A stretch of 64,000 nt of DNA from Octopus sinensis (taxonomy: Eukaryota), in the NCBI RefSeq assembly GCF_006345805.1, contig NC_042997.1, forward strand, positions 115,258,001 through 115,322,000, given 5' to 3'. Position 1 is the stretch's first letter; every line of letters starts with the position of its first letter. The notes beneath the pieces were generated by a model. That model did no database searches. It saw nothing but the letters and a program-made list of their open reading frames with translations, and had not been told where the DNA came from. This document shows positions 37,681-49,040 of this stretch, piece by piece. A program made the position numbers and the translations under genes.

Positions 37681-39098
37681 GCAACACCTTAGTTGCCAGC
37701 AAATAAGAAGATTGCTAGGAGTTTTGCAGACTTAATGGATGATCAAGCTGTCATTGAAACTATTTTCTTATATAAATTTATGGGAGGCTGTGTGAGCCGC
37801 TGTTGCTGCTGCTGCTACTGCTACTACTACAATGAAAGATAAGCCAAACTAGTCTGCCTTTATTTATGAGAGGAGTGTATCAGTCAGATGAACATAATCT
37901 TATTTTATATCAACTTGTAACGGAATGAGTTGACTTAGATTTGTACAGATTACAGACAGTTATTGATCTTTTGTAGTAGTAGTAGTAGTAGTAATAATGA
38001 TGGTTTCAAATTTTGGCAGAAGTTGATTACATTGTCCCCAGTACTCAACTGGTACTTATTTTATCAACCCCGAAAGGTTGAAAGGCAAAGTTGACCTTGG
38101 TGGAATTTGAACTCAGAACGTAGACAGAAGAAATGCTGTTAAGCATTTTGCCTGGAATGCTAACCACCTTAATCATAATATTAATAATAATAATAATAAT
38201 CATCATCGTTTAACATCTGCTTTCCTTGCTAGCATGGGTTGGACGATTTGACTGAGGACTGGTGAACCAGATGGCCGCACAAGGCTCCAATCTGATTTGG
38301 CAGAGTTTCTACAGCTGGATGCCCTTCCTAACGTCAACCACTCTGAGAGTGTAGTGGCTGCTTCTATGTACCACCAACATGAAGGCCAGTCAGGTGGTAC
38401 AGGCAATGGTTACACTCAAATGGTGTTTTTTTACGTGCCACCTGCACAAGAACCAGTCCAGTGGCACTGGCAATGACCTCGCTCGAATGTTTTTCACGTG
38501 TCCCTGGCACAAGTGCCAGTAAATAATTAATCTTTTCTACTCTAGGCCAGAAATTTTTGGGTAGGGGACCAGTTGACTAGATCGACCCCAGTACGCAACT
38601 GGCACTTAATTTATCAACCCGAAAAGATGAAAGGCAAAGTCGACCTTGGCAGAATTTGAACTCAGAATGTAAAGACACAAAATGCCGCTAAGCATTTTGC
38701 CCGGTGTGCTAATAGTTCTGTCAGCTTGCTGCCGTATAATGATCATAATTATGATAATAATTATAATAATGAAAGATGGGCTACAGCCAGTATTCTGCTC
38801 AATACCACAGATTTGTTTGTCAATTGTTTGACCTTAACCAGTTGAGCATGTCCCTTGGTGGCTGACAATATGTGCATCTCTGATCACGAGCAGAAGTAGT
38901 GGTGTACCATCATAACCATGTGTTGAGAGAAATTCTTTGGGATTTGGATAATTCACCTTTGGAAACATAGATATTTCGTTCAACATCCTTAAACAACCTT
39001 TATTCAGGGACCTTTTGAGCCGGATGGGCCACTCGACCTGAAGAAAATTCTAACTGGGCCCCCACCTGCAAGGTCATGCACTATTTATCTTGATATGA

Positions 39099-39520
39099 GA
39101 TCACCCTGTTGCACACATATGGTTGTGATGCATGTATCTGGTGTACCCTTATCACACAGGTGGTCATGATGGGTATATTGGGCTTCGTATATTTGTACCC
39201 CAGTGTCACTTTGATAGCATGCACTACTCTCTCACTCAACAGCAATAATAATCATTTCCATTCGATTACGTGGACGGCCCAGCTACAGCTGTCTTGATAC
39301 TCGAACTGTGTAATAGTGATGCGGAATTGTAGAGCGGTGTGGTTGTATTAAAGTGCAGCATGGTGTATGGAGAGTGTAGAGATCACCATGTCACGCACAT
39401 ATGGTCGTGATGCATGTACTTGGTGTACCCTTATCAGACAGGTAGTCATGATGGGTATATTGGGCTTTGTATATTTTTACCCGAGTGTCACTTTGATGGC
39501 ATGCACTGCTCTCTCACTCA
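39099..39520. repeat. Two diverged ~140-bp direct repeats
   Basis: agatcacc..cacatatgg..gtacccttatc..cagtgtcactttgat..ctctctcactcaa at ~39099-39240 and ~39379-39520. Confidence 0.8.
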
Positions 39521-39690
39521 ATAATAATAATAATTATAATCATCATAATCGTCATCATTTGACGTTCGGATGGTGCTTTTTATGTGCCACCAGCACAGGG
39601 ATCACAACTACAATTTCCATTGATTTTTGATGTTGATGTACTTGACTCAATAATACTTGACTAATTATTTTGTTTTGTTCTCTGTTTCAG

Positions 39691-40125
39691 AATCAATCAT
39701 TGATTGCTCCAAGTGAAATTGATACGAGTAGTACAGACTTCAGCCTGATTTTAGAAACATCGTGTGATGCTTCATATAAAACCAACACCACTAATTCTAC
39801 AGCACTGGCCAAATCTAAGACCAATGGTTCCTCCACTACTGATGTTTCCATCAAATCTAGCTCAAATGTAACTTCAAGATCTCCAAACACGAAAGTGACA
39901 CCAAACAGGGAAAACGGTAAACTCAAGAAGCTGGAAGAAACTACATTGATGAGTTTAGGGTCTCCTTCTAATTTTATATCTTCTCAAAGTAACTCTTCTT
40001 CTTCAGCTACCGATTCTAGTCCTGCTGTGAGTAAACTGCCAAATTTCATTGGTTCCCCGAACCAGGTTGAGAAGCCTAAAAGACGGATCCAGTTTACTAC
40101 ATTGTCTCTTCTGAATCCAAAGTAA
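39691..40125 (+). CDS. CHAF1B: CHAF1B coding exon 12 (terminal), with ASF1-binding B-domain-like motif
   Basis: ctgtttcag|AAT CAA..., S/T-rich low-complexity tail ending in KPKRRIQFTTLSLLNPK-TAA. Confidence 0.9.
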   Translation, partial: NQSLIAPSEIDTSSTDFSLILETSCDASYKTNTTNSTALAKSKTNGSSTTDVSIKSSSNVTSRSPNTKVTPNRENGKLKKLEETTLMSLGSPSNFISSQSNSSSSATDSSPAVSKLPNFIGSPNQVEKPKRRIQFTTLSLLNPK

Positions 40126-40313
40126 ATTCTGTTGACTTCCAACCTATTCTTCTGTGTATAATAATAATAATAATAATAATGTAATAACAACAACAATAAT
40201 AATAATAATAATAATGATTTCTTTTGTTTGCCACCAGAGTGGAGGATGAGGTGGGAGGTGCATAAAGTGTGGAGATTTACATACAGTGATATCATCATAA
40301 ACATATTAAAAAA

Positions 40314-40319
40314 AATAAA
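40314..40319 (+). promoter_or_regulatory. Candidate polyadenylation signal for CHAF1B
   Basis: AATAAA in an A-rich run ~190 nt after the stop; the AT-rich context makes it weak evidence (the (AAT)n tracts and other AATAAA hexamers are alternatives). Confidence 0.25.
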
Positions 40320-40395
40320 AATAATTAAAAAATTCTAAATTTTGACACATGGCTTGAAATTTTTGGAGTGGAGGCTAGGTGATCACATTGATCAG

Positions 40396-40972
40396 AAAAC
40401 TGATCTGGTTAATAATAATAATAATAGTAATAATAAAGTCAACAACAAGGATGGTAATGATATTTTCTCCTTTATTTGAGGCACTAGGGAACCAGTCTGT
40501 TAACCCTTCAGCATTTAAATGGCCATATCTGGCCCAAATTTTTTACTTATTTCAAGTTCAAACAGGCCAGATTCAGTCTCTCACACCCATCCCACAATTA
40601 CATAATTACAAAACTGATCTGGTTAATAATAATAATAATAATGATGATGATGATAATAGTAATGATAATAATACTAATAGTAATGATAATAATAATAATA
40701 ATGATAATAATAATAATAATAATAATGATAATAATAGTTAATAATAATAGTAATGATGATAATGATTATAATAATAGTAATGATAATAATAATAATAGTA
40801 ATAATAAAGTCAACAACAAGGATGGTAATGATATTTTCTCCTTTATTTGTGGCACTAGGGAACCATTCTGTTAACCCTTCAGCATTTAAATGGCCATGTC
40901 TGGCCCAAATTTTCTACTTATTTCAAGTTCAAACAGGCCAGATCCAGGCTCTCACACCCATCCCACAATTAC
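40396..40972. repeat. Tandem duplication downstream of the CHAF1B stop, with an expanded (AAT)n
   Basis: Unit 1 at 40396-40602 and unit 2 at 40610-40972 share aaaactgatctggtt...cccacaattaca. Confidence 0.9.
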
Positions 40973-41096
40973 ATTCTAGAAATAACAATCACATAATTAA
41001 AATCACAAAGCCACAAGATGATGCTTGATTAATTCAAAACCATATGAATGATTAAGCATTATATCTGACAATGCAGTCTGTATACTAAAAGGTTAA
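40871..41096. mobile_element. piggyBac-like MITE
   Basis: TTAACCCTTCAGCATT ... TACTAAAAGGTTAA; the body matches 5132-5355. Confidence 0.65.
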
Positions 41097-41349
41097 TCTG
41101 ACTACTAAAGGGTTATTGGTGTTTCACCTTATCTTTTTTACTAGATTCCTGTTGAAATACACTGAATTTGTTTCAATTAATTTTATAAACGAATTTAGTT
41201 ATATGGTAAGTTTTGTCGTTTTTCAGCAGGTGCTTTAAAACATGAATTAAACATGATACATTCTGATGAAATATTTTACTTTAAAATGCACTTTGCATTA
41301 CAGAACCTGGGATAGTCATAGACAGGTAGGCCTGGGAAAAAAGGTTAAG

Positions 41350-41662
41350 TTAACCCATTAAGTCCCAGAGTACTTAAATTTATGAATATTACTTTTAAAT
41401 TTTGACATAGGTGCAGGAGTGGCTGTGTGGTAAGTAGCTTGCTTACCAACCACATGGTTCCGGGTTCAGTCTCACTGCATGGCACCTTGGGCAAGTATTC
41501 TCTACTATAACCTCGGGCTAACCAAAGCCTTGTGAGTGGATTTGGTAGACGGAAACAGAAAGAAGCCCATCGTATAATAGGACACTGATACAATGTGATA
41601 TAGCTTATTTAATGTTCTCATTTAGAGTCCTATTTACAAGACAGTGGGACTTAATGGGTTGA
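41350..41662. mobile_element. piggyBac-like MITE with a nested tRNA-SINE
   Basis: Perfect 14-bp TIR CCCATTAAGTCCCA (41354-41367) / TGGGACTTAATGGG (41645-41658) flanked by TTAA/TTGA; SINE head at ~41405-41580 inside. Confidence 0.7.
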
Positions 41663-42940
41663 GAATTGAATTTTTAAAATTGCCTTCAAATTATCTCCCC
41701 TTTTCTTTGTGAGTCCCTCATCATTGCTATAAGCTTTTTTTGTTTTCTGTCTCTAATTATGGCTGGAAATCTCAGTTCATTTAAGAGTTCTTTGAATATG
41801 TCAGTATTCTTTGAATAAAGTATTATAAGGATTCCCTTATGCAGGTATGGGTGTGTGGTTAGAAAGTTGTTTCCTGACCATGTGCTTCTGGCTTCTGTCT
41901 TGCTGCAGGGCAGTTTGGGTAGATATTTTCTATTAAAGCCTCGAGCCAACCAACGCCTTGTGTGTGGACTTGGTAGGTGGAAACTGAAAGAAGCTTATAT
42001 CTGTAATGTATGTGTGTTAGTGTCTCCTTGTGCATGACATTTGGGAAATATTATTACCTTGGTTGAAAACAGGTGAGGATTGGTAACAAGAAGGGCATCC
42101 ATTTGCAAAAAATTTGCCTTAATTTCTGCCCAACCCATGCAAACATGAAAAAGTGGACATTAAATGATGATATATTTCATTGTTTTTAATGTTACCATTT
42201 CTATCTCTGCATGGGTCAGATAATTTGTTGAGGCAGATTTTCCACAGACTGATGCCCTTTTTAGTACAGCCCAGAAAGAAATTGACAGATTAAGGAACAA
42301 ATAACATCTCAGAAAATTTAAGTTTCCCCATTACAGTATATACATGTCTTAAATCAGTCAATGTTCTCGATGTTACCCTTGACTTAGAATCTGGTAAAAG
42401 AAAATGAAAAACCTGGTATATGCACAGGCAATTCAACCATCCTAAAAGTATAATTAAATACCTAGTAATGAGCATATTTCTAAGACTTTTTTTATATTTT
42501 CCAACAGAAATATAGTCATTGAAATAAGTCCATTTAGCGAAACTCTTAATAACAGTGGTTATTGGGAAAAAGTACATTACATAAATAGCAACACATCCGC
42601 AATAAACAAAAAGCAGAAATAGGGAAAAAAAAATTTCTGGTTCTATTTCTTCTTCAACATGCAAGTCTCTACACCTTTAATCAAATTATTTTTCAGAATA
42701 CTACTTAGACACTTCCACCCAACCACAGATACCAGGAAGTAATAAACACAGTATAAAAATCTTATACTTCACAACTTAAAGACAAACTGTAGTCATTGAT
42801 AACCATCTAAAAGTTTTGCAATATGGAAAGCAAAACCACTCACATAACAACAGCAGTTGTAATTTCATCCTGCCCTTTAAATGGAAATCGCAAGTAATAT
42901 TAACTATTGTACAACTATAACCATGAACATTACAATACCA

Positions 42941-43398
42941 GTAGAAGAAAATATGACCAAAAATTGTGTGTACTCCATCCCATGCAGCTGTGGTAGGTTA
43001 TACAAAGGTGAAACATGCTGCCCCCTGAAAATAAGGGTAGAGGAACATTGCAAAGCTGTGACATGAGGAGATATTGATAAATCAGGTATAGCTGATTATG
43101 TATGGAAAAATGGAAAACACCTCCCTCTGTGGGTTGAAGTTAAAATAATAGACAGAGAACACCACTGGAAAATACGGAAACTGAAAGAAGCTGCACATAT
43201 GCTGGGACACAATAACCTCCTAAGCAGACAGAGTGCAGATATGAGTAGCATATGAGAACTGGTATTAAGGAAGGATAGGAAAATATTAGATTTATAAGCC
43301 CTAAAATTCATTCTATAATTGCCCACTGGGCATATGGCGTAGTGGTTAACAGCGTGGGCTACTAACCCCAAGATTCCGAGTTTGATTCGAGACAGTGA

Positions 43399-43430
<32 letters not shown>

Positions 43431-43584
43431 TGGAAAAAATACCTGAGGAATGAGAACCCAGGTTCGAAATTTTCCCAAGATGAAGGCTGGAGGGTATATC
43501 AGCCGAAAACAAACAAGATGAGGACAAATATCCGTCAAATGTAAATAATGTAAATAATTCTTCATCTCTTAAATATAGAACTGT
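42941..43584 (+). mobile_element. 5'-truncated Penelope-like element: GIY-YIG endonuclease remnant + tRNA-head pLTR
   Basis: VEENMTKNCVYSIPCSCGRLYKGET...IRVEEH..KLKEAAH (PLE GIY-YIG motifs, with stops), tRNA head 43328-43400; flanked by ATTACAATACCA at 42929-42940 and 43585-43596. Confidence 0.9.
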
Positions 43585-44921
43585 ATTACAATACCAACTA
43601 CATCCACATATATAAGGTCAACAGCAGACCAGTTCAAGACAGTACCATAATATAACCAACACATTTTGCAACTCAAACAGAATACTTCACTAACTAAACA
43701 TGTATGGACACTAAAACAATATCTCATTTTGCATTATTGTCTCACTCACAACCATACCAAGGAAATATGAAAACTTACCAACCCTCTTCCAATGGATCTC
43801 ACCATGTTATTTTGGACCCAAATACTGAACCACAACTCTGAATTAGTCTCTTCCTGCAAACACAAAAATCCTCAAAACTCTGAGAGGCTTGGACATGTTT
43901 TGAGAATACGGGCCGCATGAGACTAAAGGTGGGCCACAAGAGACATGGCTCATCATTAGGTGGATGAGCTATTAATAATAGCCAGAATAATTGCTTGTTA
44001 GGTATGCCATTCAGAAAGGCTCGCAAGCTGCTTTTTGCCCATGTCTGCTCTAAAATATTTCAAATGAAGAGATTTTTCTGAAGAGTAAATATGATGCTGG
44101 TGTGGCTGTGTGCTAAGAAGCTTGTTTCACAACCATCTGGTTCTGGGTTCAAAACCACTACGTGGCACCTTGGGTAAAATGTCTTCTACTATATCTCTGG
44201 GCCGACCAAAGCCTTGTGTAGACAGAAACTGAAAGAAGCCCATCGTGTGCGTGTTTGTTCCTTACCGCTTGACAACCAGTGTTGGTATGTTTACGTCCTT
44301 GTACCTTTTTGGTTCGGCAAAAGATATTGATAGAATAAATACCGGGCAAAGAGCTCTTTGTTACAGGACACATACCCCTGCCCCTCTACATTTCCAGGCT
44401 CTCATCGTCTTGGCATAAAGTCATCCTTCACTGCTACCCCCTCCTCCCAGCTGAAGAGGGTTTTGTCTTGCGAGTTACTTTGTGACTCGATCGATGCTGG
44501 TGCCATTGCAGAAAACGCTGGTGCCATGCAAAAAGCACTGGTGATAGTGCCACGTAAAAAGCACTTGGTCCACTCTGTAAGGTTGTTGGCATTAGCAAGG
44601 GCATCCAGCTGTAGAAACCATGCCAAAAAATACTGGAGCCTGGTGCTGCTCCCGGCCTTACCTGTCAAACCGCTCAACTCATGCCAGCATAGGAAACAGA
44701 CGTTAAATGATGGTGATGATGATTGTATAACTAGAGCGAACTGCCTTATTTTATAGTAAACGATCTTATGCTACAGTAAATTGCTTAATAGTATAGTGAA
44801 CTGCCTTATACCATTATAAACTGCATTATATTGTAGTATACCATCAGTAACTGCCTTATACTTTTTCTAACTTCTTTATATTGACTAGTAAAAACGTTTT
44901 ATTCTGAAGTAAACTCATTAT

Positions 44922-45500
44922 GATCATCGTTTAACGTCCGTTTTCTATTCTGGCATGGGTTGGACTGTTTGACTGAAGGCTGCACCAGGCTCCAATCTGA
45001 TTTGGCAAGGTTTCTACAGCTGGATGCCCTTCCTAACACCAACCACTCCGAGAGTGTAAAGGGTGTGTTTTACGTTCTATCGGCACAGGAGCCAGTCAGG
45101 CGGCACTGGCATCGGCCACGTTCAGATGGTGTTTTTTACGTGCTACCGTCACAGGAGCCAGTCAGGGCAAGGGGCTGGCATCGACTACGTTCGGATGGTG
45201 TTTTGTACGTGCCACCGGTACGGGAGCCAGTGCGGCGGCACTAGCATCGGCCACGTTCGGATGGTGCTTTTTACGTGTTACCGGCATAGGAGCCAGCCGG
45301 GGCGCGGGGCTGGCATCGACCATGTTCGGATGGTGCTTTTTAAGTGTCACCGGCACTAGCAACGACTCATGCATGAATGGTGCTTATTGCGTGCCACCAA
45401 CTTGACAGCCAGTCTGGCGGCACTGGCATCTGTCACAACTATAATTTCTACTTTTGATTGTGATTTGATTTTTGATTTTACTTGACTCAAACACGGCGTA
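44922..45500 (-). mobile_element. Family C retroposon with a CpG-rich tandem array
   Basis: Six TGGTG(C/T)TTTT..ACGTG units at 47-69 bp spacing. Confidence 0.85.
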
Positions 45501-46155
45501 TCGCCCGACGATTCGAAGGTACTTTTTAAATGGGCTGGTGAATCAGACACTGGTATAGGCTACGACTGTGATCTCACTTTACTTTCTGGGTCTTCACAAT
45601 CACAGTATACCTCCAGAGGTCTCGATCTCTTGTCATTGCCTCTGTGAGGCCCAACGTTGCAAGGTCGTGCTTCACCCTCTCATCCCATGTCTTCCTGGGT
45701 CTCCCTCTTTCACGGGTTCTTTGTTTCATATTAATTGTAAACGGCCATATACTATAAGAAAGCCGACTTATAGTATAAAGTTCTGCGTTATAATGCAGTA
45801 AACTGCCTTATGCTATAGATTAGATTATGAAGTGTTCGTTGTAAATTGAGGAAAAGGCTACTACGGTACTGATAGAAAGACGTGTTTAAAAAAAAAACAT
45901 GAAGTTAAGGGGGCGAGCTTGGCAGAACCATTAGTACGCCGGGCGAAATGCTTAGCGGTATTTCGTCTGTCTTTACATTCTGAGTTCAAATTCTGCCGAG
46001 GTCACTTTTGCCTTTCATTTTTTTGGGGTCGATAAATTAAGTACCAGTTACGTACTGAGGTCGATGTGATCGATTACCTCCCCCAAAATTTCGAGCCTTG
46101 TGCCTAGAGTAGAAAAAAAAACAAAAACAAAAAAAAACATGAGGTTGCAATAAGT

Positions 46156-46215
<60 letters not shown>

Positions 46216-46930
46216 AACACACACCCTTGGCTGTGTGGTAAGAAGTTTGCTTCTCTACCACATGGTTCTGGGTTCAGTCCCATTGCATGGCACTTTGCGC
46301 AAGTGTATTCTACTATAAACTTGGACTGATCAAAACCTTGTGAATGGATTTGGTAGACGGAAACACACACACATCTGTATTTTTGTGTCTGTCATCACCT
46401 CTGGACAACTGGTGTTGATGGTGATGTGTTTACGTCCCCCGTAACGTAGCAGTTCGGCAAAAAACCCGATAAAATACCAGGCTTAAAAAAAATGAGTGAG
46501 GCTTTCATTTGACTAAAAATTCCTCAAGGTGGCGCTCCCACATGGTCTCAGTCAACTGAAACATGTAAAAGATTGTGTGTGTGTGTGTGTGTGTGTTAAT
46601 ATGAATGCATCGTAATTTCAATCAGTGATTTGTTTGTCAGACGGTGGTGGTAGCAGGAGGGGACAAAGTGAATTTATTGTTTTATCAGATAAGCGACATG
46701 GGATTATTGGGTTTTGGGGGCTCTAAAGATTTAAGGGATTTAGAGCCTCGGATCAGCTCGTCCACTGCCGCTGGCGTTAAATGTCAGCTCATTGTGGTTT
46801 GTGTGTATAACTGTATGAAACAAACTACTTATATCAGATTACTTTGATTAACTCGTTTAAAATACGTAAATATTTAGAAATAAGTTTAATTCTTGACAAG
46901 AATAACGGAAACATAAGCGAAACAACAACG

Positions 46931-47249
46931 TTATATATATATATGTATGCATGTATGTATGTGTGTGTGTGTATATATATGTATGTGTGTGTGTGTGTAT
47001 ATATATATATGTATGCACATATATATATATATGTATGTATGCATGTATATGTGTATATATATATATGTATATAAGTATGTATGCATGTATGTGTGTGTGT
47101 ATATATATATATGTATATAAGTATGTATGCATGTATGTGTGTGTGTATATATATATATGTATGTATGCATGTATGTGTGTGTGTATATATATATATGTAT
47201 GTATGTATGCATGTGTGTATATATATATATGTATGTATGCATGTGTGTA

Positions 47250-47280
<31 letters not shown>

Positions 47281-47595
47281 GCATGCATGTGTGTATATAT
47301 GTATATATATATATATATATATATGCATGTATGTGTGTGTATATATATGTATGCATGTATGTGTGTGTGTGTATATATATATATGTATGCATATGTGTAT
47401 ATATATATATGTATGCATGTATGTGTGTGTGTATATATATGTATGCATGTATGTGTGTGTGTATATATATGTATGCATGTATGTGTGTGTGTATATATAT
47501 GTATGCATGTATGTGTGTGTGTGTATATATATGTATGCATGTATGTGTGTGTGTGTATATATATATACATATGTATGCATGCATGTATGTATATA
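46931..47595. repeat. Compound TA/GT/ATGC microsatellite
   Basis: Direct inspection. Confidence 0.95.
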
Positions 47596-47847
47596 ACACG
47601 CCAATAATGTAGGCAAAATGCACACTGACATATCCACACCTAACTAACGTTAACAAGGAATCAATGCGTAAAGAAATGACTGCTTTTAAAAAGTTAATTA
47701 AAATGTTTTATTAAAGATTAGTTGATTACGCCAGAGCGGAAATTTTGTAAGCTCTATTTTTTATTGTTTTCTTTTAATATTTAATCTCGTCAAACGTAGG
47801 CACAGGCGTGGCTGCGTGGTAACAAGTTTGCTCTCCAGCCACATGGA

Positions 47848-48409
47848 TCCGTAAAAAGACAACACCCTTCCAATCCGACCTAATTGAAACGTAACCTTTT
47901 TAGGGCGAAGTTCTGCTCTGGAGGCTGTTTCTGGTGATTCGCAGCGCTTCACCCACGATCGTTTGCATTTCACATTGTTATAGACGATCCATATATTCGT
48001 CCTTTGTCACCATTTTCTTCAACAAAAGGATAGTTTCCTTCACGTTTCTGCAGCGAATTTCTGATGGAAATCCGTTGGGTGGGGGTTAGTCTCATTCAGT
48101 TATGTGGAGCCAAAACATTGACCCTGCTGACTTAACCAAATTGATGCTGCTGGTTTTCAGCGCTGGGTTTGGATATTTGGGGATCATCCGAGTCGTATCA
48201 CGGGGTTTTGTGTTGCTGTTAAATCTCAGTTGACCAGCCAGATCGAGATGCATCTTTCCTGATCGAATTTCTCGATCGAAATCTTGAAAATCGTTTCTGA
48301 CACACTTGTTTTGTAACAGCATCCTCTCCTGCAAATTTCCATCGCTTTCTTGTCTTTGTTATGAAAAAAAAAAAAAAAGCATGTGGGGTCGATTATGTTG
48401 GCTCTCCAT
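47848..48409 (-). pseudogene. Second, more degenerate mariner transposase fragment (N-terminal half)
   Basis: Frameshifted pieces MESQ..., GEDAVTKQVCQKRFSRFRS, WVPHEL-like, WIVYNNVKCKRSWVK...PKKV; no termini found. Confidence 0.75.
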
Positions 48410-48528
48410 TTTCAGGATGATCCCAACTACACAAATTGCAATGTTTCTCGTCGCAAGTTCGCGTCGAACCACGTCGAAGTGTCAAATATCTAAATATTGC
48501 ACATTTGCACAAGGAACAGACTGAAGCT

Positions 48529-48923
48529 ACTAATTAGCAGTATAGCCCAGCGTTGCTCGGGCTTGTTTTCTTTTCGACCCTTTAGAATTGGAATTTTTGA
48601 AAAGTAAACAGTTTGCATTATGTAGCTAGTTATTCTCTTTAAGTGAACATTTTCCTGGTTGAAATACACCGAAAAATGGACACAGCAGTCAAAAATCGTA
48701 AAAAATAGGGATTTTCATAGAAAAAAAGCACCTTTTTTTATGTAAATAATTTTTGGTGTTAACATGGTCCGATTTGAATTTGTTCTTCTACAGAATGACG
48801 AGCAAGCCTTCTTCTATCATATTTTGGTCAACTTGTGCCGCAGGGTCTCGGAGGAGATAGTGTTAGTTGAAGGCTACCAAACCTGCCATACACAGACAAC
48901 TTCAGCTTTATATATAGAGAGAT
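48529..48923 (+). mobile_element. Helentron/HINE-like non-autonomous element (second copy)
   Basis: Colinear with 16712-17072 over ~370 bp; lies between the two mariner remnants. Confidence 0.6.
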
Positions 48924-49040
48924 TAGAGTGCAGTTGAGTATTCCACAGACTCGCGTACAATTAAAGCAATCCACTCGAATCTGTTCTCACAATGTGACAA
49001 GGGTGGACATTTTGAATTATACAGTAGAGAAAGATTATAT

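Larger units (their letters stand above)
1401..40125 (+). other. CHAF1B: CHAF1B gene span (start to stop codon), 12 coding exons, 635-aa product
   Basis: Exon lengths 123+106+27+115+104+97+258+107+52+126+358+435 = 1908 nt join in frame with canonical GT..AG introns; translation matches CAF-1 p60 WD40 motifs throughout. Confidence 0.96.
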
